Position numbers and translations under genes: made by a program. Of a stretch of 64,000 nt of DNA, positions 27,976 to 38,331 are shown one piece after another. Source of the DNA: Clostridia bacterium (GTDB taxonomy: Bacteria > Bacillota > Clostridia > TANB77 > CAG-508); assembly GCA_017456555.1 (NCBI GenBank), contig JAFTJF010000006.1:4389-68388 (forward strand), given 5' to 3'. Every line of letters starts with the position of its first letter. Position 1 is the first letter of the stretch. The notes under the pieces are model-generated. The model ran no database searches. It worked only from the letters and a program-made list of their open reading frames with translations, and had not been told where the DNA came from.

Positions 27976-28899
27976 TTATTTAATTGCAGTGTTTAGTTCA
28001 TCTCTCATACGAATTGCTTCTGCTCTAGTTGCTTCTGCATATTGTTCGTCTGAATATTTATCTTTCCATCTATCAGATTTAAATGCGCACATTAAACTTC
28101 TTGAGGCATTTACTATTCCACCAAGTCCATTTTCAAATCCAACTGCTAAGTCTTCAGCTTTTCCACCTTGAGCTCCATAACCTGGAATTAAGAAGTATGA
28201 GTGAGGCATAATTTTTCTTAAATTTTCCATTTGAACTGGATATGTTGCTCCAACTACTGATGCAACTGAGCTATATCCATATTCTCCAATTAAATCTTCT
28301 CCCCAAGAATTTACAAGTTCTGCTACTTTTTCATAAACAGTTTTTCCATCTTCTAATTTTAAATCTTGTAATTCTCCAGATGATTTATTTGAAGTTTTTA
28401 CTAAAACGAAAATTCCTTTATTATATTTTTTACAATCTTCTATAAATGGTTTTACTCCGTCAACTCCTAAATAAGGATTTACAGTTACCCAATCTATATC
28501 ATAAAAACTTTCTTCTTTGTCACCAACTAATGTTTTTCCTAAATATGCATTTGAATAACCTGCAGCTGTTGTTCCAATATCTCCTCTTTTTATATCTGCA
28601 ATTACTATCATTCCTTTTTCTTTTGCATATTTGCAAGTTTCTTTAAAACATTTAATTCCTTCAACACCAAACATTTCATAAAAAGCAATTTGTGGTTTTA
28701 CAGCTGGAACAATATCATATGTTGCATCTATTAATGCTTTATTATATTCTAAAATTCCTTCACAAACACTTTTTACATCAGTTCCATATTTTGCTTTAAT
28801 GCATTCTGGTAACATTTCATATCTTGGATCTAATCCCATAACTGTTGGATTATTTGTTTCTTTAATTTTGTCTATTAATATATCGATTGCGTTTTTCAT
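27976..28899 (-). CDS. pyrF: orotidine 5'-phosphate decarboxylase, type 2
   Basis: 307 aa with VMGLDP, ADIKRGDIGTTA and the long form typical of type-2 PyrF. Confidence 0.85.
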   Translation of the reverse strand: MKNAIDILIDKIKETNNPTVMGLDPRYEMLPECIKAKYGTDVKSVCEGILEYNKALIDATYDIVPAVKPQIAFYEMFGVEGIKCFKETCKYAKEKGMIVIADIKRGDIGTTAAGYSNAYLGKTLVGDKEESFYDIDWVTVNPYLGVDGVKPFIEDCKKYNKGIFVLVKTSNKSSGELQDLKLEDGKTVYEKVAELVNSWGEDLIGEYGYSSVASVVGATYPVQMENLRKIMPHSYFLIPGYGAQGGKAEDLAVGFENGLGGIVNASRSLMCAFKSDRWKDKYSDEQYAEATRAEAIRMRDELNTAIK

Positions 28900-28954
28900 T
28901 TTTTCCTCCTTGTTTGAAAGATAATTTTCAATTCTTTTTCAAGTTCAATTTATA

Positions 28955-30229
28955 TTAGTCTCTTTCGTAAACTACTCTTCCTGATACTACAGTATATTTT
29001 ACTTGTCCTTTTAGACTTTTATTAATCCATGGTGTATTTTTTGATTTTGATACTATTTTATCTTTTAAAAATACATATTCTCTATTTGGATCAAAAATTG
29101 TAAGGTCTGCAACTTTTCCTTCTGCAATTTCTCCTCTATCAATTCCTAATAATTTAGCAGGATTGTAAGACATTACTCGGACCATATCTTGATATGTAAT
29201 ATGTCCAGGTAATACTAAATTTGTAACTGTTGCACCTAATGCTGTTTCAAATCCAATTATTCCATTTGGAGCTAAAGCTAATCCTCTAGCTTTTTCTTCT
29301 TCTGCGTGTGGAGCATGATCTGTTATTATACAATCTATTGTTCCATCTTTTATACCTTCGATTATTGCTAATCTATCTTTTTCTTCTCTTAGTGGTGGAT
29401 TCATTTTTGCATTAACACCAGATTCTAATACTTCTTCAACAGTAAAACTGTAATAGTGAGGACATGTTTCACAAGTTACTTTTACTCCTCTTTGTTTAGC
29501 AGATCTAATTGTATCTACTGTTGTTTTTGTACTAATGTGGCAAATATGTGTATGTAAATTATTTGTTTCTGCAATAACAATATCTCTTGCAGCCATTATT
29601 TCTTCAGCTTCTGGAAGTACACCTTCAACTTCTAATTGTTCAGCAATTGGTCCAGCATTTATTGCACCTTTTGCAACAGATTTTTCTTCACAGTGTTCTG
29701 AAATGAAAGTTCCTAATTTATTTGCTTCAATCATCGCTTGTCTAATCATTGCTGCATTTTCAATTGGCATTCCATCATCTGAAAATGCAATTGCTCCTGC
29801 TTCAAGTTGAGCTTTAAAATCAACTAATTCTTGTCCTTTTTCTCCTTTTGTTACACTTGAAAATGGAAGTATATTACACAAGTTTACTTCTTTAGCTCTA
29901 TTTATAATTTGTTCCAAAACAATAGCGCTATCTGGAGTTGGATTTGTATTTGGCATAGGGCAAATAGTAGTAAATCCACCAGCAACAGCGCTTTTTGATT
30001 CAGTTTCTATAGTTCCTTTATGTTCTCCACCTGGTTCTCTTAAGTGGCAATGAACGTCAATCATCCCAGGCATAATAATATAACCTGAGCAATCAATAAT
30101 TTTGTCAGCATCAACAGTAAGGTTTTCAGCTATTTTAGCAATTTTATCTCCTTCTACTAGAATATCTAGTTTTTTCTCTAGTTTATTTGCATAATCAACA
30201 ACAGTTCCGTTTTTGAATAAAATGCTCAT
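28955..30229 (-). CDS. pyrC: dihydroorotase
   Basis: DVHCHLREPG (HxH metal site), ITDHAPH, 424 aa. Confidence 0.9.
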   Translation of the reverse strand: MSILFKNGTVVDYANKLEKKLDILVEGDKIAKIAENLTVDADKIIDCSGYIIMPGMIDVHCHLREPGGEHKGTIETESKSAVAGGFTTICPMPNTNPTPDSAIVLEQIINRAKEVNLCNILPFSSVTKGEKGQELVDFKAQLEAGAIAFSDDGMPIENAAMIRQAMIEANKLGTFISEHCEEKSVAKGAINAGPIAEQLEVEGVLPEAEEIMAARDIVIAETNNLHTHICHISTKTTVDTIRSAKQRGVKVTCETCPHYYSFTVEEVLESGVNAKMNPPLREEKDRLAIIEGIKDGTIDCIITDHAPHAEEEKARGLALAPNGIIGFETALGATVTNLVLPGHITYQDMVRVMSYNPAKLLGIDRGEIAEGKVADLTIFDPNREYVFLKDKIVSKSKNTPWINKSLKGQVKYTVVSGRVVYERD

Positions 30230-30425
30230 TTTTTACCTCCGACATAATTTTTTTCCATTCTATCATTTATCGTATATATTTTCAAGGTTACTAATTGACA
30301 ATTTTCACAATTTACTATATTATTTTAAAAAATATATTTAAAATATATTTTTTTGTGCAAAAATAAAATTACTTATTTGGTAATATATTTTTCGCATTAA
30401 AATTAAATATTCGGAGGTAAAAATA

Positions 30426-31292
30426 ATGAGTAAATTAATGTCATTATTATTTGAAACAAATGCATTTAAAGTTGCAGAAGAAAACAATCCATTCTGGTAT
30501 ACATCAGGAAAAATTGGACCATACTTTATAAACGCGGACTATCTTTACGGAAGTGAACAAGATTCAAAAGACCTTTTAGCTTTTATCGACCAAGAATTAG
30601 AAAATGAAAGCAAAACTGATATTCCAGAACACATTTTCAAAAAAGTTTTAGACCACTATAATACAAACGAAATCTATAAATATGTTATAGATCAAATGAA
30701 AGAATATATTGAAACAAACATTGGAGTAGACAATATTGATTACATCTCTGGTGGAGAAAGAAGAGATTGGTATTTTTCAAACATAATGGCTTACTTATTA
30801 AATAAACCTCATGTTACAATATACAAAGATTTAACAACAGTATTAAGCAATAGTGATTTCACTTCTGCAGAACCAGTAAGTTCTATAGAAGGTAAAAATT
30901 TCTTACACTTAGCTGACCTTTTAAATCAATCAGCAAGTTTTACTAGAGCTTGGATTCCAGCAATTAAAAACTTAGGTTCAAATATAGTTTGGAGTATCTT
31001 TGCTGTAGATAGAATGCAAGGTGGAACAGAAACACTTACAAATGATGGAGTTAAAGTTCACTCTTTACTTCAAATTGATGATTCTTTATTCACAACAGCA
31101 AAAGAACTTGGAGTTATAAATGATGAACAATTAGAAATGCTTAGAAACTTCAAAAAAGATCCAGATGGTTCTATGAAACAATTTTTAATTGACCATCCAG
31201 AATTTATTGAAAATGCAAAAAATTCTGATAATCCAAAAACAGTAAAAAGAGTAAATACATTAATTGAACAAAATATTTATGGATTAAACTAA
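30426..31292 (+). CDS. PyrE-like phosphoribosyltransferase homologue with an atypical PRPP loop (288 aa)
   Basis: The N-terminus NAFKVAEENNPFWYTSGKIGPYFIN aligns by eye with the PyrE block [21 protein letters not shown]. The position of the PRPP loop (E/D-D-x-x-T-T-G-G-S) reads HLADLLNQSAS. Divergent from pyrC. Confidence 0.45.
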   Translation: MSKLMSLLFETNAFKVAEENNPFWYTSGKIGPYFINADYLYGSEQDSKDLLAFIDQELENESKTDIPEHIFKKVLDHYNTNEIYKYVIDQMKEYIETNIGVDNIDYISGGERRDWYFSNIMAYLLNKPHVTIYKDLTTVLSNSDFTSAEPVSSIEGKNFLHLADLLNQSASFTRAWIPAIKNLGSNIVWSIFAVDRMQGGTETLTNDGVKVHSLLQIDDSLFTTAKELGVINDEQLEMLRNFKKDPDGSMKQFLIDHPEFIENAKNSDNPKTVKRVNTLIEQNIYGLN

Positions 31293-31301
31293 TATAAATT
31301 T

Positions 31302-31330
31302 AAAAGCTCTTCTTTAAAAGAAGAGCTTTT
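31302..31330. terminator. bidirectional terminator between convergent genes
   Basis: AAAAGCTCTTCTT-taa-AAGAAGAGCTTTT followed by TTTT. Confidence 0.8.
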
Positions 31331-31332
31331 TT

Positions 31333-31857
31333 TTATTTTATATCTGGATTCATAATTAGTTCTCCTAATTCTTCTTCCTCACCGTATTTATCTACAAAAT
31401 AAATCATATATCTATTTTCTAATTTTTTTATTTTATAAACTTTAGTACCATTACTTTCTGAACCATTTTCATTAATGGCATTCATCGCTAAATTTCCATG
31501 TAACGATTCTGGAATTATATAATATTGGTCTTGTACTAAGTTATCATTTATATCTTTTAATTGTTCAATATAGCCACAATCTAATAAATATTTAAAGAAA
31601 TTATCTGCTGTACAATATTCTTCTGGTTTCAACTTATTTTCAACAGCATATTGATAATCTAATACATATTTTTCTCTAATTATTTGATTTAATTTATCAA
31701 CAATTTCAGCCTTATTATAGTTGTTTTCACTTTCTTTATATTTTTCAACTATTCCATCTTTTCCAAATATTTTATTTCCTACAAAGCCCGCTATTAATAC
31801 TAAAATTACAATTGTAATAATTAGTGAAATTATAGACAAGCCATCTTCTTTTCTCAT
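31333..31857 (-). CDS. membrane-anchored hypothetical protein (pilin-like hydrophobic N-terminus)
   Basis: N-terminus MRKEDGLSIISLIITIVILVLIAGF followed by a soluble domain. No canonical prepilin G-F-T-L-x-E motif. Confidence 0.4.
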   Translation of the reverse strand: MRKEDGLSIISLIITIVILVLIAGFVGNKIFGKDGIVEKYKESENNYNKAEIVDKLNQIIREKYVLDYQYAVENKLKPEEYCTADNFFKYLLDCGYIEQLKDINDNLVQDQYYIIPESLHGNLAMNAINENGSESNGTKVYKIKKLENRYMIYFVDKYGEEEELGELIMNPDIK

Positions 31858-31976
31858 TTTTTACTCCTTATATATGTCGTTTTATTTTGCCTAATTATAT
31901 AACCATTTGTCTTTTTTTTCAATATATTTAGATTAATTGTAATATTTTAAAATTAAGTGAAACTTAAAAACTAAAA

Positions 31977-34900
31977 TTAATTTTGAATTTTTATATTTTC
32001 TTCTGAAACGATTTCTTTGAACACATCAAAAACTTTATCTGTCAAGAAAATAGCTCCACATGGTTTTACTTCATTACCATCTGTTATTTCTAATTTTACA
32101 TTAACCCTATCTCCAGAGAAAAATTTAATTGCTCCTCTTAATTTTGCTTTTTGATTTTCATCTAGATTGGTTATATTAATATTTACTGTTTTTACAGTAT
32201 TTAATTTCACTTCTTGCTTTTCTACTGAGGCATCATTTTCTGAAAATTCTTTAACATTTGTTGCTACAATTTTTACTGGTTCGTCTTCTCTAACGCTTAA
32301 TCTTCCTTCAACTAAAACAATATTATCATCTACTATAAAATGACTAGTTTTAGAATAAACAGTATCAAAAATTACAACTTCTGCCGTACCATAAAAATCT
32401 TCTAAATTAACAAATGCCATTGTTGTATTTTTTCTAGTGAATTTCTTATTTACTTTGGAAATTACACCAACAAATTTTATATTTTGTCCGTCTTTATAAG
32501 TTTTTGGTTCACCAAATTCTTCAACTTCTTCATTTATTTTTATCATATCTAATGTTGAAATATTTGCTTGTTTTGCAATTTGTTCTCTAATTTTATCCAA
32601 AGGATGTCCAGAGATGTAAACTCCAAGCATTTCTTTTTCTAAAATTAAAAGTTCTTTTTCTGGCATTTCTTCTTTTTCAATAAATGAATATTTTTGAACT
32701 TCTAATTCCTCTTCTGATTCTTCCATTAAATCAAACATTGATACTTGATTTGCAATTTTATTTCTAGCTTCATTATTTATAGTATCAAGTATTGCTTCAA
32801 AAGAAGCCAATAACGTAGCTCTTGTTTTTCCAAATTCATCAAAAGCTCCAGCTTTTATTAAACTTTCTATACATCTTTTATTTATTGATTCATCTTTTAC
32901 TCTTTCGCAAAAGCTAGTGAAACTTTCAAAAGGTCCATTTAATTCTCTTTCACGAACAATACTATCAATTACTGCAACACCAACATTTTTAACACTTCCA
33001 AGACCAAATCTGATTTTGTTATTAACAACAGTAAATTTTGTATAACTTTGATTTATACTTGGATTTAAAATTTCAATTCCCATATCTTTACAATCTTGAA
33101 TATATACAGGAATTTTATCTAAGTTTCCTAAAAAACTGTTTAAAGTTGCAGCCATTAATTCTTCTTTATAATAACGTTTCAAATATGCAGTTCTATAAGA
33201 TACTACCGCATAAGCTGCAGCATGTGATTTATTGAAAGCATATTTTGCAAATTCTGACATTTCATCAAAAATCTTATTTGCAGAAACTGCGTCTATCCCA
33301 TTTCTTACACAACCTGGTACTTCAACATTTCCATTTTCATCTACTTGACCATTAATGAAAACTTCTCTTTCTTTTTCCATTACATCAAGCTTTTTCTTAC
33401 CCATCGCACGTCTAACCAAATCAGCTCTACCTAATGAATATCCTGCTAAATCTCTAACTATTTGCATAACTTGTTCTTGATAAACCATACAACCATAAGT
33501 TACATTTAGTATTGGCTCTAATGCGGGGTGAGTATATTCGTTATGACCTGGATTTAATTTTCCCTTTATATATCTTGGAATTTGATCCATTGGTCCTGGA
33601 CGATAAAGTGAAACACCAGCAACAATATCTTCAAAGCAGTCTGGTTTTAATTCCTTCATAAATGAAGTAATACCAGCACTTTCAAACTGGAATATACCAA
33701 AAGATTTTCCATCTTGCCATAATTTATAAACTTCGATGTCATCCATTTTTTCATCAAATTTTACATCTATTCCTCTGTTTTGTTTTATTAAATCTAAACA
33801 GTTTGCAATAACACTTAAAGTTCTTAAACCTAAAAAGTCCATTTTTAGAAGACCAAGTTCTTCTAATAAAACCATTGTATATTGGGCAACAACGTTTCCG
33901 TCATTTGTACAAAGTGGAACATAAGTGTCTACTGGATCTTTTGTTATAACAACACCACAAGCATGTGTTGAAGCATTTCTAGGCATTCCTTCTAAGCCTT
34001 TTGCAATATCTATTATTCTTTTTGTTGTTTCATCATTTTCATATTGTTCTCTTAATTCCCTATTTTGTTCTAGAGCTTTGTCTAAAGTCATATGAATTTC
34101 AAAAGGAATCATTTTTGCAATTTTATCTACATCAGAATATGGAACATCTAAAACTCTACCAACATCACGCACAACACTTTTTGCAGACATTGTACCAAAA
34201 GTTATAATTTGAGAAACATGATCTCTTCCATATTTTTTTGCAACATAATCAATTACTTCTTGTCTTCTTTCATCAGAAAAGTCAACATCAAAGTCAGGCA
34301 TACTTATTCTATCTGGATTTAAGAATCTTTCAAAAAGTAAATTATATTTTAATGGATCTATATCTGTAATTCCAATTGCGTAAGCTACTATAGACCCTGC
34401 ACCAGAACCTCTTCCTGGTCCAACTGGAATTCCGATTGATTTTGCATAATGAATATAATCCCAAACAATAAGATAATAATCAACATATCCCATTCTTTCG
34501 ATTATTCCAAGCTCATATTCTGTTCTTTGTTTTACAGTGTCGCTATAATTTTCACCATAACGTTCTTTTATTCCATCCCATGTTAATTTTCTAAAATATT
34601 CTTCATGTGTAGAAAATTGTTCTGGAACATCATAGTTAGGTAATTTTGTAACACCAAATTCAAAATCAAAATTACATTTATCTGCAATTTTAACAGTATT
34701 TTCTATAGCCTCAGGAACAGCTGAAAAATAGTCTGCCATTTCTTCTGGTGTTTTTATATAAAATTCATTTGTTTCAAATCTCATTCGGTCTTCGTCTGTC
34801 ATCTTTTTAGCTGTTTGAATACAAAGTAAAATTTCATGATTATAACTATCTTCTTGTTTTAAATAGTGAGCATCATTTGTTGCAACAAGAGGAATATTTA

Positions 34901-35486
34901 ATTCTCTTGAAAGCTGGATTAACCTTTGATTAACCATTACTTGTTCTGGAACACCATTATTTTGAATTTCTAAATAATAGTCTTCTCCAAAAACTCTTTT
35001 ATGCCAAAGCGCAATTTCTTTTGCTTTTTCCATATCGTCTTTCAGAATTGCTTGATTAATTTGACCAGCCAAACAAGCACTTAAGCAAATTAATCCTTCA
35101 CTGTATTGTTCTAATATTTCCAAATCTATACGAGGTTTATAATAGTATCCTTCAGTAAAACTCATTGATACTAATTTAATAAGGTTTTGATATCCAGTTT
35201 TGTTTTTTGCAAGCAAAATAAGATGTGCATAATTGTCATCAATACCAGATTCTTTTTCAAATCTAGTTCTTGGTGCAACATAAACTTCACATCCTATAAT
35301 AGGTTTTATTCCTTCTTTCACACACTCTTTATAAAAGTTAACTGCACCATACATAACACCATGGTCTGTTAATGCAATCGCTTTCATTCCAAGCTCTTTT
35401 GCCCTCTTTGGTAAATCCTTAATTCTACACATCCCATCTAGCAAACTATATTCGCTATGGACATGTAGGTGAACAAAATCTGGCAT
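31977..35486 (-). CDS. dnaE: DNA polymerase III alpha subunit (DnaE type)
   Basis: 1169 aa with the PHP domain start MPDFVHLHVHSEYSLLDG, the polymerase core (GPGRGSGAGS) and a C-terminal OB fold. Confidence 0.95.
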   Translation of the reverse strand: MPDFVHLHVHSEYSLLDGMCRIKDLPKRAKELGMKAIALTDHGVMYGAVNFYKECVKEGIKPIIGCEVYVAPRTRFEKESGIDDNYAHLILLAKNKTGYQNLIKLVSMSFTEGYYYKPRIDLEILEQYSEGLICLSACLAGQINQAILKDDMEKAKEIALWHKRVFGEDYYLEIQNNGVPEQVMVNQRLIQLSRELNIPLVATNDAHYLKQEDSYNHEILLCIQTAKKMTDEDRMRFETNEFYIKTPEEMADYFSAVPEAIENTVKIADKCNFDFEFGVTKLPNYDVPEQFSTHEEYFRKLTWDGIKERYGENYSDTVKQRTEYELGIIERMGYVDYYLIVWDYIHYAKSIGIPVGPGRGSGAGSIVAYAIGITDIDPLKYNLLFERFLNPDRISMPDFDVDFSDERRQEVIDYVAKKYGRDHVSQIITFGTMSAKSVVRDVGRVLDVPYSDVDKIAKMIPFEIHMTLDKALEQNRELREQYENDETTKRIIDIAKGLEGMPRNASTHACGVVITKDPVDTYVPLCTNDGNVVAQYTMVLLEELGLLKMDFLGLRTLSVIANCLDLIKQNRGIDVKFDEKMDDIEVYKLWQDGKSFGIFQFESAGITSFMKELKPDCFEDIVAGVSLYRPGPMDQIPRYIKGKLNPGHNEYTHPALEPILNVTYGCMVYQEQVMQIVRDLAGYSLGRADLVRRAMGKKKLDVMEKEREVFINGQVDENGNVEVPGCVRNGIDAVSANKIFDEMSEFAKYAFNKSHAAAYAVVSYRTAYLKRYYKEELMAATLNSFLGNLDKIPVYIQDCKDMGIEILNPSINQSYTKFTVVNNKIRFGLGSVKNVGVAVIDSIVRERELNGPFESFTSFCERVKDESINKRCIESLIKAGAFDEFGKTRATLLASFEAILDTINNEARNKIANQVSMFDLMEESEEELEVQKYSFIEKEEMPEKELLILEKEMLGVYISGHPLDKIREQIAKQANISTLDMIKINEEVEEFGEPKTYKDGQNIKFVGVISKVNKKFTRKNTTMAFVNLEDFYGTAEVVIFDTVYSKTSHFIVDDNIVLVEGRLSVREDEPVKIVATNVKEFSENDASVEKQEVKLNTVKTVNINITNLDENQKAKLRGAIKFFSGDRVNVKLEITDGNEVKPCGAIFLTDKVFDVFKEIVSEENIKIQN

Positions 35487-35522
35487 ATATTTTCCCCTTT
35501 TTTTCCAAAATTTGTATATATT

Positions 35523-35756
35523 TTATAAAATTTTTATAACTTCATCTAAATCTTTTTGCCCTACTGGAATTTTTACTATTTGAAATTTTGATATTTTATC
35601 ACCAAATTTAATTTCAACTATATCTCCTACTTTTACTTCATAACTAGGTTTTACAACTTTTCCATTTACTGCTATTCTTCCTGAATCTGCTGCATCATTT
35701 GCAACTGTTCTTCTTTTTATAACTCTACTCACTTTTAAAAATTTGTCTAATCTCAT
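35523..35756 (-). CDS. S4-domain RNA-binding protein (small, Hsp15/YabO-like)
   Basis: [22 protein letters not shown]...GRIAVNGK is the S4 alpha-L motif; 77 aa. Confidence 0.75.
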   Translation of the reverse strand: MRLDKFLKVSRVIKRRTVANDAADSGRIAVNGKVVKPSYEVKVGDIVEIKFGDKISKFQIVKIPVGQKDLDEVIKIL

Positions 35757-35777
35757 TTTCCATCCTCTTTAATTTAT

Positions 35778-36692
35778 TTAGAACACAAAAAAATCATTAT
35801 ATTTTTTTGCTAATCCAAGCCAAATGTCATCATCATATAATTTAAAATATGTGTATATTCCTTTTGCTCCATCTTGATACCATTTTCCATATCTTTCAAG
35901 TTGCAACATTTTTGCTTCTTTAAAGAAATTATGTCTTGCTAATCCATTACCATTCATTCCACAATATGTTAAATTCATCAAAACTTTATCTTCTTTTAGA
36001 ATACCACTTTCAATTATTTTTTGTTTTATTTTTTCTATGTCATAATCTATAAGTCTTAAATCTATATTTTCTATTTTTCCATTTTCTATTGTTAATATTA
36101 CATATTCTGCTTTTCCAACATAATATGGTGAAACTCCTGCACATCCAGCATTTAGAACTAATTTTCCATTTATCTCTTCATACCACATTTTTTCATGAGT
36201 ATGTCCAAAAATTAATGCATCTGCGTCTAACTCGTCTACATATTTTTTTATTAACTCTGTATTCCATTGATTCAACAATTCTTCAACAGATTTTGGTGAT
36301 CCATGTGCTACTAATAAATTTACACCTTCATATTCCACATACATTGCATGTGGCAATTTTTTTATATATTCTCTATTTTCTTCTGTTAATTCATTATACA
36401 TGAATCTTGTATTATTAAATTGAATATTTTTCCAATCGTATTTTTCTTGTTCGTATTCAATTAAATATTGCTCTTTATTTCCTTTTAAAACTTTATCACT
36501 TGTATTTTTAACTATTTCTAAAGTTTCATTTCCAAAAGGCAAATCATTTACTAAATCTCCCGAAAATATATAATCATCAACATGATTATTTTTTGCATCT
36601 TTTAATATTTCTTCTAATGCTACACTATTTCCATGAATATCTGAAATTATTGCTACTTTAATTTTTACCACCTCTATCTTTTTTACACTCAA
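35778..36692 (-). CDS. metallophosphoesterase family protein
   Basis: Motifs ISDIHGN, GDLVND, AHGSP and GHTH occur in the canonical order. Confidence 0.8.
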   Translation of the reverse strand: MSVKKIEVVKIKVAIISDIHGNSVALEEILKDAKNNHVDDYIFSGDLVNDLPFGNETLEIVKNTSDKVLKGNKEQYLIEYEQEKYDWKNIQFNNTRFMYNELTEENREYIKKLPHAMYVEYEGVNLLVAHGSPKSVEELLNQWNTELIKKYVDELDADALIFGHTHEKMWYEEINGKLVLNAGCAGVSPYYVGKAEYVILTIENGKIENIDLRLIDYDIEKIKQKIIESGILKEDKVLMNLTYCGMNGNGLARHNFFKEAKMLQLERYGKWYQDGAKGIYTYFKLYDDDIWLGLAKKYNDFFVF

Positions 36693-36818
36693 ATTATATC
36701 ATGCCTTTTTTTCTATTTCAACCAAAAGAATTTCAAAAACCACTTACTTTTTATTAATTATCAAATGCAAAAAAATGAATTCTACAAATATAGAACTCAT
36801 TCTTTTTTTATATTTAAT

Positions 36819-37361
36819 TTATCTACATCTTCTACAAGTATTGTTGGTATTAAATGTGTTTTGTGAACTTCTTGTTAATTGATTTATTACATCAGTATTA
36901 AGAGTATTATTATTAAAATTATTTATATTGTTCACTGCCTCATTATTTAAGTTATTCAAATTATTTAAATTAGCTAAATTATTTAAGCTATTAAATGTAT
37001 TTAGCTCATTTAAACTTCTTAACGTATTATTAAGTTGATTACTTACACTAGCGGTATTATCTGAATTACATGAAGAACACTCATCTCTACAAAATCTACA
37101 TCTATTTTCATCATCATCACATCTATTGCACATTCTATTTATTATAAGTCTTACTATAGCTGCTGTTATAAATGCAATAAGTGTATATATTATTGCTGCA
37201 ACAATAAGTATAGCACTTCCCCCTAAAGCAAATGCAACAACTATAAAAATAGCAAAAAATATTCCTGCCACCTTAAACGGACAATGTATAAACGTTTCTA
37301 ATATTGCTGATAAAATTATTACTGCTAATGGAATTGCGAAAAAAATTAGTAAAATATTCAT
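36819..37361 (-). CDS. small membrane protein with a Cys-rich linker and an Asn/Leu low-complexity tail
   Basis: Three TM helices, then CNRCDDDENRCRFCRDECSSCN, then LNxLNN-type repeats (NSLNNLANLNNLNNLNNEAVNNINNFNNN), ending in CRRCR. Confidence 0.5.
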   Translation of the reverse strand: MNILLIFFAIPLAVIILSAILETFIHCPFKVAGIFFAIFIVVAFALGGSAILIVAAIIYTLIAFITAAIVRLIINRMCNRCDDDENRCRFCRDECSSCNSDNTASVSNQLNNTLRSLNELNTFNSLNNLANLNNLNNLNNEAVNNINNFNNNTLNTDVINQLTRSSQNTFNTNNTCRRCR

Positions 37362-37469
37362 ATATCAAATACCTCCAACTTTTAGTATTTATATATAATA
37401 TTCTACTAATTTTCTGTTTGTTACTTATTCTATTAAATCTCAAAACGTACTTTTACTTATTTTATCTTA

Positions 37470-38204
37470 TTAATAATTTACTTCCATTAAACATAACCCG
37501 TGTGCTGGTAATGTTTTTCCAGCTCTTGTTCTTTGTTTTGATTCAATTATTTCTGGAATTTCTTCTGGTTTTATTTTTCCGATTCCAACGTCTAGAAGTG
37601 TTCCAGAAATTATTCTTACCATATTATATAAAAATCCATTTCCTGTAAGATCTATATAAACTCTATCATTTTCTTTTGTTACTTCTGCCTTATATATTAT
37701 TCTCACACTACTTTTACTACTTGTTCCACTTGCTTTAAATGCTTTAAAGTCATGTTCACCTTCAAAATATTTTGCTGCTTCTTGCATTTTTTCTATATCT
37801 AATTTCATTGGAAAATGGTATTCCATATCTCTAAAAATTGCTGTTCCCATTTCTGAATTATTTATTGTATATCTATATCTTTTAGATTTTACAGAATATC
37901 TACTATGAAATCTTTCATCAACTTCTTCTGCACTTTTTATAACAATGCTTCTTTTTAATTTTGAATTAATTGCTATTGCAAATTTTTCTATTGGAATATT
38001 GCTATTAGTTTTAAAATTTGCAGTTTGTCCTAAACTATGAACTCCAGCATCTGTTCTTCCTGAAGCAATTAAATCAATTTCTTCACCAGTTATTTCTCCA
38101 ATAGCTCTTTCTATTTCCCCTTGAATATTTAATTTTGTTGGTTGTTTTTGCCACCCATTAAATTGTTTTCCATCATATTCAATTATTAATTTTATATTTC
38201 TCAT
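37470..38204 (-). CDS. truA: tRNA pseudouridine(38-40) synthase
   Basis: YDG..F.GWQ.Q and the catalytic GRTDAGVH motif; 244 aa. Confidence 0.9.
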   Translation of the reverse strand: MRNIKLIIEYDGKQFNGWQKQPTKLNIQGEIERAIGEITGEEIDLIASGRTDAGVHSLGQTANFKTNSNIPIEKFAIAINSKLKRSIVIKSAEEVDERFHSRYSVKSKRYRYTINNSEMGTAIFRDMEYHFPMKLDIEKMQEAAKYFEGEHDFKAFKASGTSSKSSVRIIYKAEVTKENDRVYIDLTGNGFLYNMVRIISGTLLDVGIGKIKPEEIPEIIESKQRTRAGKTLPAHGLCLMEVNY

Positions 38205-38331
38205 ATAATCTCCAAACTTTATTTAATTTATTTTTATATAAAAAACTCTTTTATTATAATACCATATTTTTTATGATTTCACAAGATTTTCAAGCTTTAG
38301 TCATATCTTAGTTTGATTTATTTTATATATT

